Source: a virus (taxonomy: Duplodnaviria > Caudoviricetes). From it: DNA of 64,000 nt. Below are positions 38,495-48,477 of this stretch, one piece after another. Below the pieces are notes generated by a model that searched no databases, was not told the origin of the DNA, and worked only from the letters and a program-made list of their open reading frames with translations. The position numbers and the translations under genes were made by a program. Location of the stretch: IMG/VR virus record IMGVR_UViG_2863231158_000001; one strand, given 5' to 3'. Every line of letters begins with the position of its first letter. The stretch's first letter is position 1.

Positions 38495-38904
38495 GGAACC
38501 GTCCCGCCATCGTCATGCCCGATGCGGTGGCCGTGGTGACGGGCTATCTCCGGTCCGCCCTCGCGGCAGCCGGCGAACCCGTCCCGGTTGTCTCCCGCAT
38601 CCCAACTCCACGCCCCCACCGGTTCGTTCGCGTCGAACGGATCGGGGGGTCTTCGCCGACTCCGGTCACAGACCGGGCCCGACTCGACTTCCACGCGTGG
38701 GCGACGCGCGAGGACCAGGCGCACGACTTGTGCGCGCTGGTGCGAGGTCTGCTCGGCGCGATTCCCGGAGTCCGCGGCGGGGTCACGGTCTACAGCGTGA
38801 CCGAGGTGGGGGGCCCGCAGTGGCTCCCCGATGACCAGAGTTCGCAACCACGCTACGCGTTCGCGGCCGAGGTGCACATGCGCGGGCGGCCATTTTCCTT
38901 ATAG
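38491..38904 (+). CDS. Tail terminator protein
   Basis: FVRVERIGG, LPD..QPRY motifs; precedes the major tail gene. Confidence 0.78.
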   Translation: MRNRPAIVMPDAVAVVTGYLRSALAAAGEPVPVVSRIPTPRPHRFVRVERIGGSSPTPVTDRARLDFHAWATREDQAHDLCALVRGLLGAIPGVRGGVTVYSVTEVGGPQWLPDDQSSQPRYAFAAEVHMRGRPFSL

Positions 38905-38910
38905 GTGCTA

Positions 38911-39468
38911 TCACTCAGCGCCATATTCATCGAGTGCCGCTCTGGCTTGCTTGATGAATATCTCCAAAGATCCATGAGCGGCGTCGAATGAACACCGAAG
39001 CTGCCTCACTGATTGGCTCACGTCACGGCGCGCGTTCTCCACCGACCTGCCTTCGGAGTTGCGTCGGATGAAAACAAGCATCCCTGTGTGAGCAACGCCG
39101 TAGCTGTACACGACGGAGGAGACGGCAGCATGAATCTCTGATGCGGCTTGGGCCACTGGTTCGGGGCCAGCAAGAGCGACAGCCTGCCAGGCTTTCTGCA
39201 CTTCTGATTGCTTCTCTATCAGGCGCATATAGAGATCATCGCTGAAGTTGACAACACCGGGGCCCCGGTATGCCTCAAGGAAGCTTGAAGTAGCCGAGAT
39301 CATTTCTCCATAGATTCTTTCTCGCGGCTCACGACGTTGCCTCAAATGCTCCGCGCGGGCTGCTGTCCGCGCGGAGTGCATTTGTGCCCATGCAGCTGTG
39401 AGCGCTGCCACGCCGGTGCCTGTGGCTACTGCAAATGCGCCAAGTGCGGCTGCTAATCCTGCGTCCAT
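38911..39468 (-). CDS. Membrane-anchored helical protein (moron inside the tail operon)
   Basis: N-terminal hydrophobic helix then charged helices; lower GC; antisense to the operon. Confidence 0.7.
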   Translation of the reverse strand: MDAGLAAALGAFAVATGTGVAALTAAWAQMHSARTAARAEHLRQRREPRERIYGEMISATSSFLEAYRGPGVVNFSDDLYMRLIEKQSEVQKAWQAVALAGPEPVAQAASEIHAAVSSVVYSYGVAHTGMLVFIRRNSEGRSVENARRDVSQSVRQLRCSFDAAHGSLEIFIKQARAALDEYGAE

Positions 39469-39532
39469 GAGCGGAAATTCTACATCCATGCGCCTGCCGC
39501 AGCACATTTACTAACCAAAAGATGGGGGTCTC

Positions 39533-40096
39533 ATGCCTCTAAACGCCAATGCCGTGCGCGTCGCTATTACCGGCGCCGCGTACGTGGCTCCACCTAAGTC
39601 CAAGCTTCCGACTGATTCCACGAGTGGTTGGGATGCCGCCTTTGTTGATATCGGCTGGATCTCGGATGACGGGATTACCGAAGCGAACTCGACGGACGCG
39701 AGTGAGATCAAGGGATGGCAGGGCGGGCAGACCGTCCGCAAGGTCATTTCGTCTAGCGAAATGACGTTCCAGTTCACGGCCATTGAGACCAACAAGACGG
39801 TCCTTGAGCTGTACCACAAGGGCTCGAAGGTCGCGACGGCCAGCGGCAAGAGTGTCCTCGCCATCAAGGCACCCGGGCCGGATCGCCGCAGTTTCGGTTT
39901 CGACGTCATCGACGGTAACTCTCATATCCGCATTGTTGTGCCGGACGGCGAGGTGACCGAGACCGGCGATATCACGTATAAGGGCGACGAGGCCATTGCC
40001 TACGAGCTGACCATTACCGCTTATCCCGGTGCTGACGGAACGGTGGCCTACAAGTACTCCGATGACCCGGCATGGGGGGTAGCGCCTGCCGCTTGA
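39533..40096 (+). CDS. Major tail protein
   Basis: DIGWISDDGITE..IKGWQGG..VRK and YELTITAYP motifs. Confidence 0.88.
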   Translation: MPLNANAVRVAITGAAYVAPPKSKLPTDSTSGWDAAFVDIGWISDDGITEANSTDASEIKGWQGGQTVRKVISSSEMTFQFTAIETNKTVLELYHKGSKVATASGKSVLAIKAPGPDRRSFGFDVIDGNSHIRIVVPDGEVTETGDITYKGDEAIAYELTITAYPGADGTVAYKYSDDPAWGVAPAA

Positions 40097-40137
40097 TCCT
40101 TTTGCAGGAACGTTCCTTCTTTGATTGAGGTATTGCT

Positions 40138-40449
40138 ATGAGTGCACCTTTTGATCTTGATGTTTGGGTGAAGGAAGCCCGTCGGGAGCCTTTTAAGTTC
40201 ACGCTCGCGGGCAACATTTTCACGATGCCCGCTGCGGGTGAGCTGGACAAGTCGATTCTTAACGCGGTCAACGTTGACAATCCGAGCGCCCGGGACATTG
40301 AGGCACTGCTCAGGTCCGGGCTCGGCGACCAGTGGACTCTCTTTGATGAAATACCGGTTCCGCTTGCTGCTCTCGGTGAGCTGTTCCGTCAGTGGCAGAA
40401 GCACGAGGGTGCTCCGGTGGGGGAATCCGGGGCCTCTTCCGGCTCCTGA
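40138..40449 (+). CDS. Tail assembly chaperone (gpG-like)
   Basis: Position after the major tail gene; ends PVGES... Confidence 0.8.
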   Translation: MSAPFDLDVWVKEARREPFKFTLAGNIFTMPAAGELDKSILNAVNVDNPSARDIEALLRSGLGDQWTLFDEIPVPLAALGELFRQWQKHEGAPVGESGASSGS

Positions 40450-40847
40450 GTGAGCACGGGGAGGCCATAGAGGCAGACCTACAGCGTTTTTACGGTCTCG
40501 ATATTCGGGACCTTTTCAGGCCCGGTGCGGGGCTGACGTGGCGCCGGTTGCGGGCTCTGATCATGGGGTTGCCCGCGGAATCTGCACTGCACCGGTCGAT
40601 GGGTGGCGAGGACGCCGTTTGGACCCTTCAAACGCAGTTGCTTGCCGCGGTGCATGACCGTCTGAGCGAGGCGAATTGGCAGCGCGGTAACGCGGGTTCA
40701 AAGACGCCGAGCCGACGTCCCTCGCCGATTCCTCGCCCGGGTTTCCGGGCCGACCGGATCGGGCGGACCGATCGGAGCCCCGAGCACGTTGCCGCCTATC
40801 TCGCGCGGTTTCAGTCGACCCGCGAGGGGGTGACCGATGGCCGTTGA
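40419..40847 (+). CDS. Tail assembly chaperone gpT part via -1 frameshift
   Basis: G GGG GAA heptamer at 40419-40425; -1 frame EAIEADLQRFYGLD..LTWRRL..LP.ESAL. Confidence 0.78.
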   Translation, partial: GGIRGLFRLLSEHGEAIEADLQRFYGLDIRDLFRPGAGLTWRRLRALIMGLPAESALHRSMGGEDAVWTLQTQLLAAVHDRLSEANWQRGNAGSKTPSRRPSPIPRPGFRADRIGRTDRSPEHVAAYLARFQSTREGVTDGR

Positions 40848-43227
40848 GGTCGGCGTGGGCTATGTGTCCGTGGTCCCGGAAGTTCAGGGGTTCGGGCAGC
40901 GCCTACAGCAGGAAGTCACCGGCCCCGCGGATGCGGCGGGGCAGGGTGCGGGCGGGGCAGCCGGCGAGGGCTTCAAGTCCAAGATGGGCGGAGTCCTTAA
41001 GGCCGGAATCGCCGGTATCGGTGTGGCCGCTGGTGCGGTGCTCGTCAAGGGGTTCCAGAATGCGCTAGATCAGCAGTCCATCAACAACCGGATTCAGGCA
41101 CAGCTCGGCAGCACGCCGAAGGACGCCAAGCGCTATGGCGATGTCGCCGGACAGCTTTATGCGCACGGGGTCACGGACAACGTGCAGGATGCGGCTAACG
41201 TCATCCGGTCGGTCCTGGAATCCGGAATCGCCCCGCCGGACGCCACGAACCACCAGCTTGAGAGCATTGCCTCAAAAGCCGGGAACCTGGCGAAGGTCTT
41301 TGACCAGGACGTAGGCGGGGTCACGCGGGCTGTCTCGCAGATGCTCCGCACCGGCATGGCCAAGTCCGCGGACGAGGCTTTTGACGTTCTGACCCGCGGT
41401 TTCCAGAACGGTTCCAACAAGGCTGACGACCTGTTGGACACGATGAATGAGTACTCCACTCAATTCAGGAAACTGGGGCTGGACGGAAAGACATCGCTTG
41501 GGCTTATTTCGCAGATGGTCCAAGCGGGTGCCCGTGACTCGGACGTTGCGGCCGATGCGCTCAAGGAATTCTCCATCCGTGTGGTGGACGGTTCCAAGAC
41601 CACTGCGGACGGTTTCAAAGCTATCGGCCTCAACGCTGAGGACATGGCTGCCCGTTTCGGCAAGGGTGGAGAGACTGCCGCCGGGGCGCTGGATCTGACC
41701 ATTGACCGGCTCCGGGCAATGAAAGACCCGGTTGAGCAGAACCAGGCGGCAGTAAATCTTTTCGGTACGCAGAGCGAGGACCTAGGCAAAGCCCTTTACG
41801 CCATGGACCCGTCGAATGCCGTTAAGGCATTGGGGAAAACTGCGGGTGCTGCCGACAAGATGGGCAAGGCACTGCACAGCGGTGCCGGGGCGCGGATTGA
41901 GCAATTCAAACGCACCGCCGAAGTCAAGCTGACGAACTTCATCGGGAATCAGGTTCTTCCCCCGATGCTGTCTCTCGGTTCTGCCGCCGCGGATGTAGTA
42001 GCGCCCGCGTTCAACCGGGCCAAGGGGGTTGTCGGGGGGTTCTTCGGTTCTTTCTCCTCGGGCGGGGTCCGAGGGGTGATTTCTGGCATTGGCCAGGAAG
42101 TGCGGGGGCTCGCGAGTTCCGCGCGAGATGAACTGTCCCCCAGTGTGGGCGCTCTGTCCGAGCGTTTCACGACTTCTTTCCTTCCGGCTGCCCGTGGTGT
42201 CTGGGCGGTTATATCCACGCAGCTTGCCCCTTCGGTGCGCGGGCTGTTCTCGGCAGTTTCCGGGGCGGTGGGTCCGGCTTTCACTGGTCTGGCACAGATC
42301 TTCACGGGCACCGTGGTGCCAGCGGCAATATCGGTGTACACCGCCCTGTACGAGAACGTGCAACCTATTCTTTCGTCTGTAGCCGACTTCATATCCGCGC
42401 ACGTCGTCCCCGCTGTACGCAGTTTTGGCGCCAAATTTCAAGAGGTAGTCCAGAAGGCGCAGCCGCTGATTCAAGCTGTGTCGACCGTGGCGGGATGGGT
42501 CGGTCGACTTGCGGCGGAGATCCTAGGTGCTGCCATACCCGTAATCGTACGGCTAGCGGGACCTGTTTTCTCCGGTCTCGTGTGGGCTCTCGGGGTCGTC
42601 CTCTCCGGTATCGGTGACGTGATCTGGATTGTCGGCAAGCTTGCTCAAGCTTTCGTCGGCGCCATCCGTGGTGTCGGCGAGTTCGCGAGTTCTTCCAAAC
42701 GGCGCGTGGGCGATTTCGTCGATTGGATGGGGGGACTTCCTCGCAGTATCCGGCGGAAGCTCGGCGACTTCCGAGAACTGCTCGTGGGCAAGGGAAGAGA
42801 CCTAGTCCGCGGGATTTGGGATGGCGTGCGCGAATTGGGAGGATGGCTTAAGGACAAGCTCACCGGGTGGGCGAAGAAGATCATTCCCGGTCCCATTGCT
42901 AAAGCCCTCGGGATCAACAGCCCTTCGCGGCTCATGCGCGATGAGATCGGCCGGTGGATTCCCGCGGGTGTCGTGGAAGGTATCGACGCCGAACAGCGCA
43001 CCTTGGACACGCGCCTACGGGCCATGGTCCGTGTGCCTGAAATGAGGGCTGTGCGTGCCTCCGCTGCTGGAGTGCAGTCGCAACCAACGGGCTCGTGGGA
43101 GGGCGCCATCAATGCACTGTTGCGCTCTCTGGAGCGCGAACGGGGGCGGGACATCGTCGTACGCATCGGAGAGACCGAGATTGCCCGCGCGGTGGCGTAC
43201 GGACAGCGTCAGCTAGCTAGGAGGTGA
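40837..43227 (+). CDS. Tape measure protein
   Basis: EVGVGYVSVVP start, DLLDTMNEYS core, C-terminal INSPSRLMRDEIG. Confidence 0.92.
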   Translation: MAVEVGVGYVSVVPEVQGFGQRLQQEVTGPADAAGQGAGGAAGEGFKSKMGGVLKAGIAGIGVAAGAVLVKGFQNALDQQSINNRIQAQLGSTPKDAKRYGDVAGQLYAHGVTDNVQDAANVIRSVLESGIAPPDATNHQLESIASKAGNLAKVFDQDVGGVTRAVSQMLRTGMAKSADEAFDVLTRGFQNGSNKADDLLDTMNEYSTQFRKLGLDGKTSLGLISQMVQAGARDSDVAADALKEFSIRVVDGSKTTADGFKAIGLNAEDMAARFGKGGETAAGALDLTIDRLRAMKDPVEQNQAAVNLFGTQSEDLGKALYAMDPSNAVKALGKTAGAADKMGKALHSGAGARIEQFKRTAEVKLTNFIGNQVLPPMLSLGSAAADVVAPAFNRAKGVVGGFFGSFSSGGVRGVISGIGQEVRGLASSARDELSPSVGALSERFTTSFLPAARGVWAVISTQLAPSVRGLFSAVSGAVGPAFTGLAQIFTGTVVPAAISVYTALYENVQPILSSVADFISAHVVPAVRSFGAKFQEVVQKAQPLIQAVSTVAGWVGRLAAEILGAAIPVIVRLAGPVFSGLVWALGVVLSGIGDVIWIVGKLAQAFVGAIRGVGEFASSSKRRVGDFVDWMGGLPRSIRRKLGDFRELLVGKGRDLVRGIWDGVRELGGWLKDKLTGWAKKIIPGPIAKALGINSPSRLMRDEIGRWIPAGVVEGIDAEQRTLDTRLRAMVRVPEMRAVRASAAGVQSQPTGSWEGAINALLRSLERERGRDIVVRIGETEIARAVAYGQRQLARR

Positions 43228-43231
43228 GGAC

Positions 43232-44071
43232 GTGGGGCTATGGATCGGACGCCCCGGAGCGCTCCGCGAAGTCACGGACGGTGCTGTGAAGTTCGACCGG
43301 TCGCCTGATCTCGGTGTCTCGGAGTTCCGGGCGCTCAGTGGGGGTGTCACCACGTGGATACCCCCGGTCCGCCCTCGCCGGCTCAGGGTGGAGTGGTCGG
43401 CTATGCAGCGAGGCGATGTGGCCCACCTTGACCGCCTCGCCCGCCGTATCGACGCGGCGGGGCCAGTGGCGTTCATTGATCCTCTGGCACAGAATTTGCT
43501 GTCGACGTCTCAAGCTCTCGGGCTCGGCGCCCCGGATAAATGGGCCTATACCAAGGATGTAGTCACACTCTTCAATGGCATCTGGGACCCCTACGCCGAA
43601 AATCGAGTGGGCATCATGAATGCCAGCGAAAAGCCCGCCGAACTCTATTGGCAACACCCCACCTGGGTGGGCTATCCGGCAACAGCCGGAATGGAACTCA
43701 CCTGGTGGGCACCTGGTCTGTTGGCCTCAGGGGCCCCGGTCGTGCAATGGCGGATGGAGTGGTACGACGCGGCAGGGAAGCTATTCTTCACATCGTCAAC
43801 ACCGAACGTGACGGTCCCGATTGTTCGCACGGCTCCCGAGAAATCGGCGTACGTGCGCCCTGCTATTCGGTTCGACGGAACCAGGCTCGGTGAATGGGCG
43901 ATGGGGGAATCCATGCTGTGTCTCGGCGACGTGTCCGCGGCCCTGGTCGCTGGGGAGCGCCCGCATGGCGAGGGGACCCCCGCCTACAGCATCACGGGCT
44001 ACAGCCACGCGGCTACGGCCGGAGACGGAGCGTTCCGGGATATCAGCCTGGACCTGGTGGAGGTGACCTGA
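43232..44071 (+). CDS. Minor tail (distal-tail-like) protein
   Basis: Directly after the tape measure; AGGAGGTG RBS; Trp/beta-rich. Confidence 0.7.
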   Translation: MGLWIGRPGALREVTDGAVKFDRSPDLGVSEFRALSGGVTTWIPPVRPRRLRVEWSAMQRGDVAHLDRLARRIDAAGPVAFIDPLAQNLLSTSQALGLGAPDKWAYTKDVVTLFNGIWDPYAENRVGIMNASEKPAELYWQHPTWVGYPATAGMELTWWAPGLLASGAPVVQWRMEWYDAAGKLFFTSSTPNVTVPIVRTAPEKSAYVRPAIRFDGTRLGEWAMGESMLCLGDVSAALVAGERPHGEGTPAYSITGYSHAATAGDGAFRDISLDLVEVT

Positions 44072-46344
44072 TGAAGCCCGGCAACGCGACGCTGACCGCA
44101 GCTCTCGCCGCACGCGAGCGGATAGCCGCGCACGTGATCCGGCTCGGGGGACAGGACATGTCCACTCAGGTGCAGTCGTGGGCGCTGGACCGCGCGTACA
44201 GCACGGATCTACCGGACGCCATGCGCGCATTCAGCGGCTCGGCCAGTGCCCAAGCGGACATCGCACTGAGCGGCAAGGGGGGTGCGTCGGCCCCTGCGCT
44301 GTACGGACCGTGGGCCCCGCGCGCGAGCGGGGACGTGGCTCGACCACGTCAGTCGGTCGTCCACTCCTGGGGGCTTGGCACGCATGCAATGGGGACGCTC
44401 CCCACGTTCAGGGGAACGGTGCGGTCTCGCTCGGCACAGTCAGGAGAGGACACGGTCAGGCTGTCCGCGCTCGATGGCGCCGAGCGTCTACGGATGCCCG
44501 CACAGCTCCCCCGTCCTGCGGGCGGTATTGACCCCGCGACCCCCTATGGGGACGCGACGAATTGGGTTGCGTCGGATGTGTGGTGCGTGGACCACCTGTT
44601 GATGGGAAGCGGGGTGCACACCGCGCCGCCCCCGCGGGCCGGCTGCATCCTGTACGCGTCCATGCACGGCGGGGCTGCCGCCAACGTCGGCTACCTCAAG
44701 ACGCTGAGCGGCAACTGGGAAAAGTGGTCCAAGAAGGATGCACCGTGGGAATGCTCGGCGAGCGGAAACCGCATGGGTGGCACGTGGGCCAAGTACATCC
44801 CTCAAATGCGCCCGGTCAACCGGAACCACTCGGATGGGCTGTGGCTCGAAATATGGGCGAAGAACACTTCCCGGGTTCCGGCCACGGTGGACTCATCTAT
44901 CAAGTTCTCGTTGTCCTGGGACGCGGGTAAAGGTGTCATGCACACCGTGGACATTAAGGTTGACTTCCGGGAAGGGGCGGTCACCTACTCGGGGCGGCAG
45001 CTTAACCCTCCGCAGGAATACGGTCCCGTTGAGACCTATGTTGACGCTCTCAAAAGTGATTTCGGCCGTTGGCATCTTGGATTTTGGCTCACGGTCTCCT
45101 CAGGCGGAACGGCAGCCATTACGGGGCACCTGGTTTCCCCGCGCGACCCGCTCATTGAGATCAGTCGCAAGACGATACCGACGATGGACGTTCCGCCTGG
45201 CGCTATGGCAGATCTGACTATCGATATCAGCTCGATTCAGGTGGAGGGGCTGCAACTCTCACAGCTTGCCGCCAAGCCGAGTTCCGTTGCCGCCCGAATG
45301 CAGGAAGGCATGTGGGACAAGTCTGCGACGCTTGATGAGCCCAAGATCCCCGTCCGAATGCTGCCCGCGGTTTCGGGAAGCGCTTGGGATGCGATCACGC
45401 AGATAGCACGCGCCACTCTATCGACTGCTGAATTTGATAGCGCGGGGGTCTTCCGGTGGCGCGGCCCGGAGAGGTGGCAGACACCCCCGGAAAAGCCAGA
45501 CCTTACCGTGACGTCCGAGCGAGAACTAGCGTCGCTCACGCTGACGGAGGAGATTGACGCTTGCCGGAATCACTGCTCTGTCCGGTGGGCGAGCTGGTAT
45601 CGGGTCAAGGCCAACATGGCCAACGTCAAAGAGGCCATTAACGTCATTCAGATCAACCCGGGGCAGACGAGAAGCATTGCGTGGACGGTCGGGAACGATG
45701 AACTCGACACCACGCCCCCGGCAACAGCGGAGACCGTGGTACCCGACACCATCCGGTTCGGCTCGGCGCAGATCGGCAGAACTCCCGTCGTGCACGGGGC
45801 AGTTGAAGTAGGGACGCACCGTGAGGACGGGAAGCTCGTCCTGTCCATGCGCAACCGCAGTAGCGAAACGGTGTGGCTACGGGGCAACGCGCTGAACGGC
45901 TTGTCCCTGTCGCTGGTGACTCCGACCATGGATAGCGGCGCCTCGCCAACGGAACATTGGGAGGTCTCGCAGGACTCTACGAGTCAGCGTTACTACGGCG
46001 TGCAGCAATACGAGCACGACGCGCAGGGGTGGATTCAGCAGGAAGAGCCCGCACAGCGTATAGCCGAGATCCTGAAATCCGCGGGCGCCTACCCCATTCC
46101 GCTGCTCGGGGATGTCGAGATCCTGCCGGACCCACGCATTGAACTCGGCGACGCCGTGCGCGTAGTCGACTCAACGGGCGCCCAACTCGACACTCTCGCC
46201 TGGGTTATCGGCATCAAACTCTCGGCGGAGAATGGAGAGATACGGCAGACCCTCACACTCCGCGGAACGACCGCTAACGGTCCTCCGAAAGATGCGGGGC
46301 TTACCCCGGATAGGCCGACCGATCCGACCTTGACGCCATGGTGA
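44071..46344 (+). CDS. Minor tail/baseplate hub protein
   Basis: ATG overlaps the upstream stop; C-terminal DPRIELGDAVRV motif. Confidence 0.75.
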   Translation: MKPGNATLTAALAARERIAAHVIRLGGQDMSTQVQSWALDRAYSTDLPDAMRAFSGSASAQADIALSGKGGASAPALYGPWAPRASGDVARPRQSVVHSWGLGTHAMGTLPTFRGTVRSRSAQSGEDTVRLSALDGAERLRMPAQLPRPAGGIDPATPYGDATNWVASDVWCVDHLLMGSGVHTAPPPRAGCILYASMHGGAAANVGYLKTLSGNWEKWSKKDAPWECSASGNRMGGTWAKYIPQMRPVNRNHSDGLWLEIWAKNTSRVPATVDSSIKFSLSWDAGKGVMHTVDIKVDFREGAVTYSGRQLNPPQEYGPVETYVDALKSDFGRWHLGFWLTVSSGGTAAITGHLVSPRDPLIEISRKTIPTMDVPPGAMADLTIDISSIQVEGLQLSQLAAKPSSVAARMQEGMWDKSATLDEPKIPVRMLPAVSGSAWDAITQIARATLSTAEFDSAGVFRWRGPERWQTPPEKPDLTVTSERELASLTLTEEIDACRNHCSVRWASWYRVKANMANVKEAINVIQINPGQTRSIAWTVGNDELDTTPPATAETVVPDTIRFGSAQIGRTPVVHGAVEVGTHREDGKLVLSMRNRSSETVWLRGNALNGLSLSLVTPTMDSGASPTEHWEVSQDSTSQRYYGVQQYEHDAQGWIQQEEPAQRIAEILKSAGAYPIPLLGDVEILPDPRIELGDAVRVVDSTGAQLDTLAWVIGIKLSAENGEIRQTLTLRGTTANGPPKDAGLTPDRPTDPTLTPW

Positions 46345-46613
46345 GCGAGGGCGACGGGATGCACGACCAGGGCGAGACGCTAGGCGTGCGAATCGGGGCC
46401 CGCGAGATCTACGACGAAGTTGTTGGGCTCCGCGAGGACGTGCGGTCGCTCGGGCAGCAAGGGGAAAGCGTGGACGAGACGCTAGAGGATCACGAGACGC
46501 GCATACGGAGCCTTGAGGGCGAGCGCGGCAAGTTTGTCTTGCCCGTCGCTCTGATTACCGCTGTGGCGACCGTAGTTGCGGCGGGTCTCACCGTGGCGAA
46601 GGTAGCCGGCTGA
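46338..46613 (+). CDS. Small coiled-coil membrane protein
   Basis: DHETRIRSLE motif plus C-terminal TM; start may be ATG at 46359. Confidence 0.7.
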   Translation: MVSEGDGMHDQGETLGVRIGAREIYDEVVGLREDVRSLGQQGESVDETLEDHETRIRSLEGERGKFVLPVALITAVATVVAAGLTVAKVAG

Positions 46614-46701
46614 CGCTCGCCGAGTAGCCACCACAGCACACACAGCCCCGTCCGGGCTCAACCGGGCGGGGCTTTTTCATGCCCAGACACAGGGGGAATT
46701 C

Positions 46702-47496
46702 ATGGCCTGGTACGCGAATGCCAAGCGGATGGAAGTGCAGCCCGAGGGGAACGCACAACCCGCCATCCGCCCAACTCAGTTGATCTTTCACAGCATTGCC
46801 GCGCCGTGGACCGGTCGCCGCACGTACGAGTACTGGCGGGACTCCACCAACCTTGAGTGCCACTTCTTTGTTGAGTTCGGCGGAGGCGTGTTCCAGTACA
46901 TCGGGACGCAGACCCGAGCGGACGCCAACATGCACGCCAACCAGCGCGGGGACGGAACGGGCGCGGTGTCCGTCGAGACCGCGTCCAACCTGAAGCACAC
47001 CGACCCGTGGACGAGTTCGCAGATCTCCGCGCTTATCAAGCTCGGGGCATGGATGCACCGCACGCATGGGGTGCCGCTGCGCATCTGCCGCAGTGCGACC
47101 GACCCCGGTTTCGGAACACACCGGATGTTCGCGGCATGGTCGAACGGTGGGACCGCGTGCCCGGGTGACGCACGACAGCGGCAGTTCCGGGAGCTGGTGT
47201 TCCCCGGGATCGTCAAGGCTGCCGGGGGCAAGCCGCCCAAGCCGTCGCCGTACGCCGAGTTCCCCGGTGCCGAGTTCTTCAAGTCCTCGCCCCGCTCGCC
47301 GCTGATCACTGCCATGGGGCGGCGCCTGGTCGCCGAGGGATGCGGGCGGTACGCCGAGGGCCCGGGGCCGCAGTGGACCGACGCAGACCGCAAGTCGTAC
47401 GCCGCGTGGCAGCGCAAGCGCGGGTTCAGCGGGGCCGACGCGGACGGGTGGCCCGGTCGCACGACGTGGGACGCCCTCAAGGTTCCGCGCGGCTGA
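46702..47496 (+). CDS. Endolysin: amidase domain plus C-terminal peptidoglycan-binding domain
   Basis: IFHS, ECHFFV, SVET, H..TACPG; C-terminal AWQRKRG..ADGWPGRTTWDAL. Confidence 0.88.
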   Translation: MAWYANAKRMEVQPEGNAQPAIRPTQLIFHSIAAPWTGRRTYEYWRDSTNLECHFFVEFGGGVFQYIGTQTRADANMHANQRGDGTGAVSVETASNLKHTDPWTSSQISALIKLGAWMHRTHGVPLRICRSATDPGFGTHRMFAAWSNGGTACPGDARQRQFRELVFPGIVKAAGGKPPKPSPYAEFPGAEFFKSSPRSPLITAMGRRLVAEGCGRYAEGPGPQWTDADRKSYAAWQRKRGFSGADADGWPGRTTWDALKVPRG

Positions 47497-47657
47497 CCAC
47501 GGCCCGTAGTCCTGGTCCGATTTGCCGGGACCAGCTCGGGGCCGACGAGCCCACACCCATTACTCAGCGTGCCGACCGGGTGTCCGCCATGCCCGCGTAT
47601 CACCCGGTCGTGCAGCTGCTCATTCGATCTACACACAGTCACCGACAAGGGGGACCC

Positions 47658-47885
47658 TTGATCACGTTCATTCGCACCCATCCGGCCCGCATCTACGCCG
47701 TGGCGGTGGCCGCTCTCGCCCTGGTGGCGCACTACGTCCCCGAGCTGCCGAGCGCGCTCGTCCTCGGCCTCGTCGCCGCGGTGCTCGGTACCGGTGAGGC
47801 TGTCCAGCGCGCCGAGAACGCCAAGACCGCCGGGACCACGGCAGCCGGCGAGGACGAGGACCAGGCGGACGGCGGGACCGCGTGA
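47658..47885 (+). CDS. Holin-like two-TM protein
   Basis: TTG after GGGGGA RBS; HPARIYAVAVAALALVAHY..LVLGLVAAVLG. Confidence 0.7.
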   Translation: MITFIRTHPARIYAVAVAALALVAHYVPELPSALVLGLVAAVLGTGEAVQRAENAKTAGTTAAGEDEDQADGGTA

Positions 47886-48463
47886 CGTACCGGCACGTCG
47901 CCCTCATGGGTCGGGCGCGCAGCGGCAAGGACACCGCAGCGTCCCGGCTCGTCCTGCGCCACCAGTTCACGCGTGTCGCGTTCGCGGACCCGCTGCGGAC
48001 AACGGCGCTGGACCTTGACCCCATCGTGGGTACCGAACCGACCGGGCTCGGAGCGCTCCCCATCCGTCTGTCGGACGTGGTACGCCGCCACGGATGGGAC
48101 GCAGCGAAGATCTTCCCCGAGGTACGACGGACCTTGCAGCGGCTCGGGGAAGCGGTGCGCGAGCACGACCCCGAGCACTGGCTACGTCTCGCCCTCGCCA
48201 AGGTGGACACCGCAGACCGCTGGAACATCCCCGTAGTGATCACGGATGTGCGGCACGTCAACGAGGCTGACGCACTCCGCACGCGGGGGTTCGCGCTCGT
48301 CCGCGTTGTGCGCCCTGGTGCCCACGGGCCCGCGAGCCGAGCCGAGCGCGAGCACGTCAGCGAGACCGCGCTGGACGAGTACCCCGCGGATGCGGTGCTG
48401 ACCAATGGCGGGACGCTCGCCGAGCTGTACCAGGCGGCGGACGGGCTCGCGGTTCCACGCTGA
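47882..48463 (+). CDS. Deoxynucleoside monophosphate kinase
   Basis: GRARSGKDT, FADPLR, RRTLQRLG, VITDVR..NE, HVSE motifs. Confidence 0.9.
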   Translation: MTYRHVALMGRARSGKDTAASRLVLRHQFTRVAFADPLRTTALDLDPIVGTEPTGLGALPIRLSDVVRRHGWDAAKIFPEVRRTLQRLGEAVREHDPEHWLRLALAKVDTADRWNIPVVITDVRHVNEADALRTRGFALVRVVRPGAHGPASRAEREHVSETALDEYPADAVLTNGGTLAELYQAADGLAVPR

Positions 48464-48477
48464 CGACAGCGTGACGC

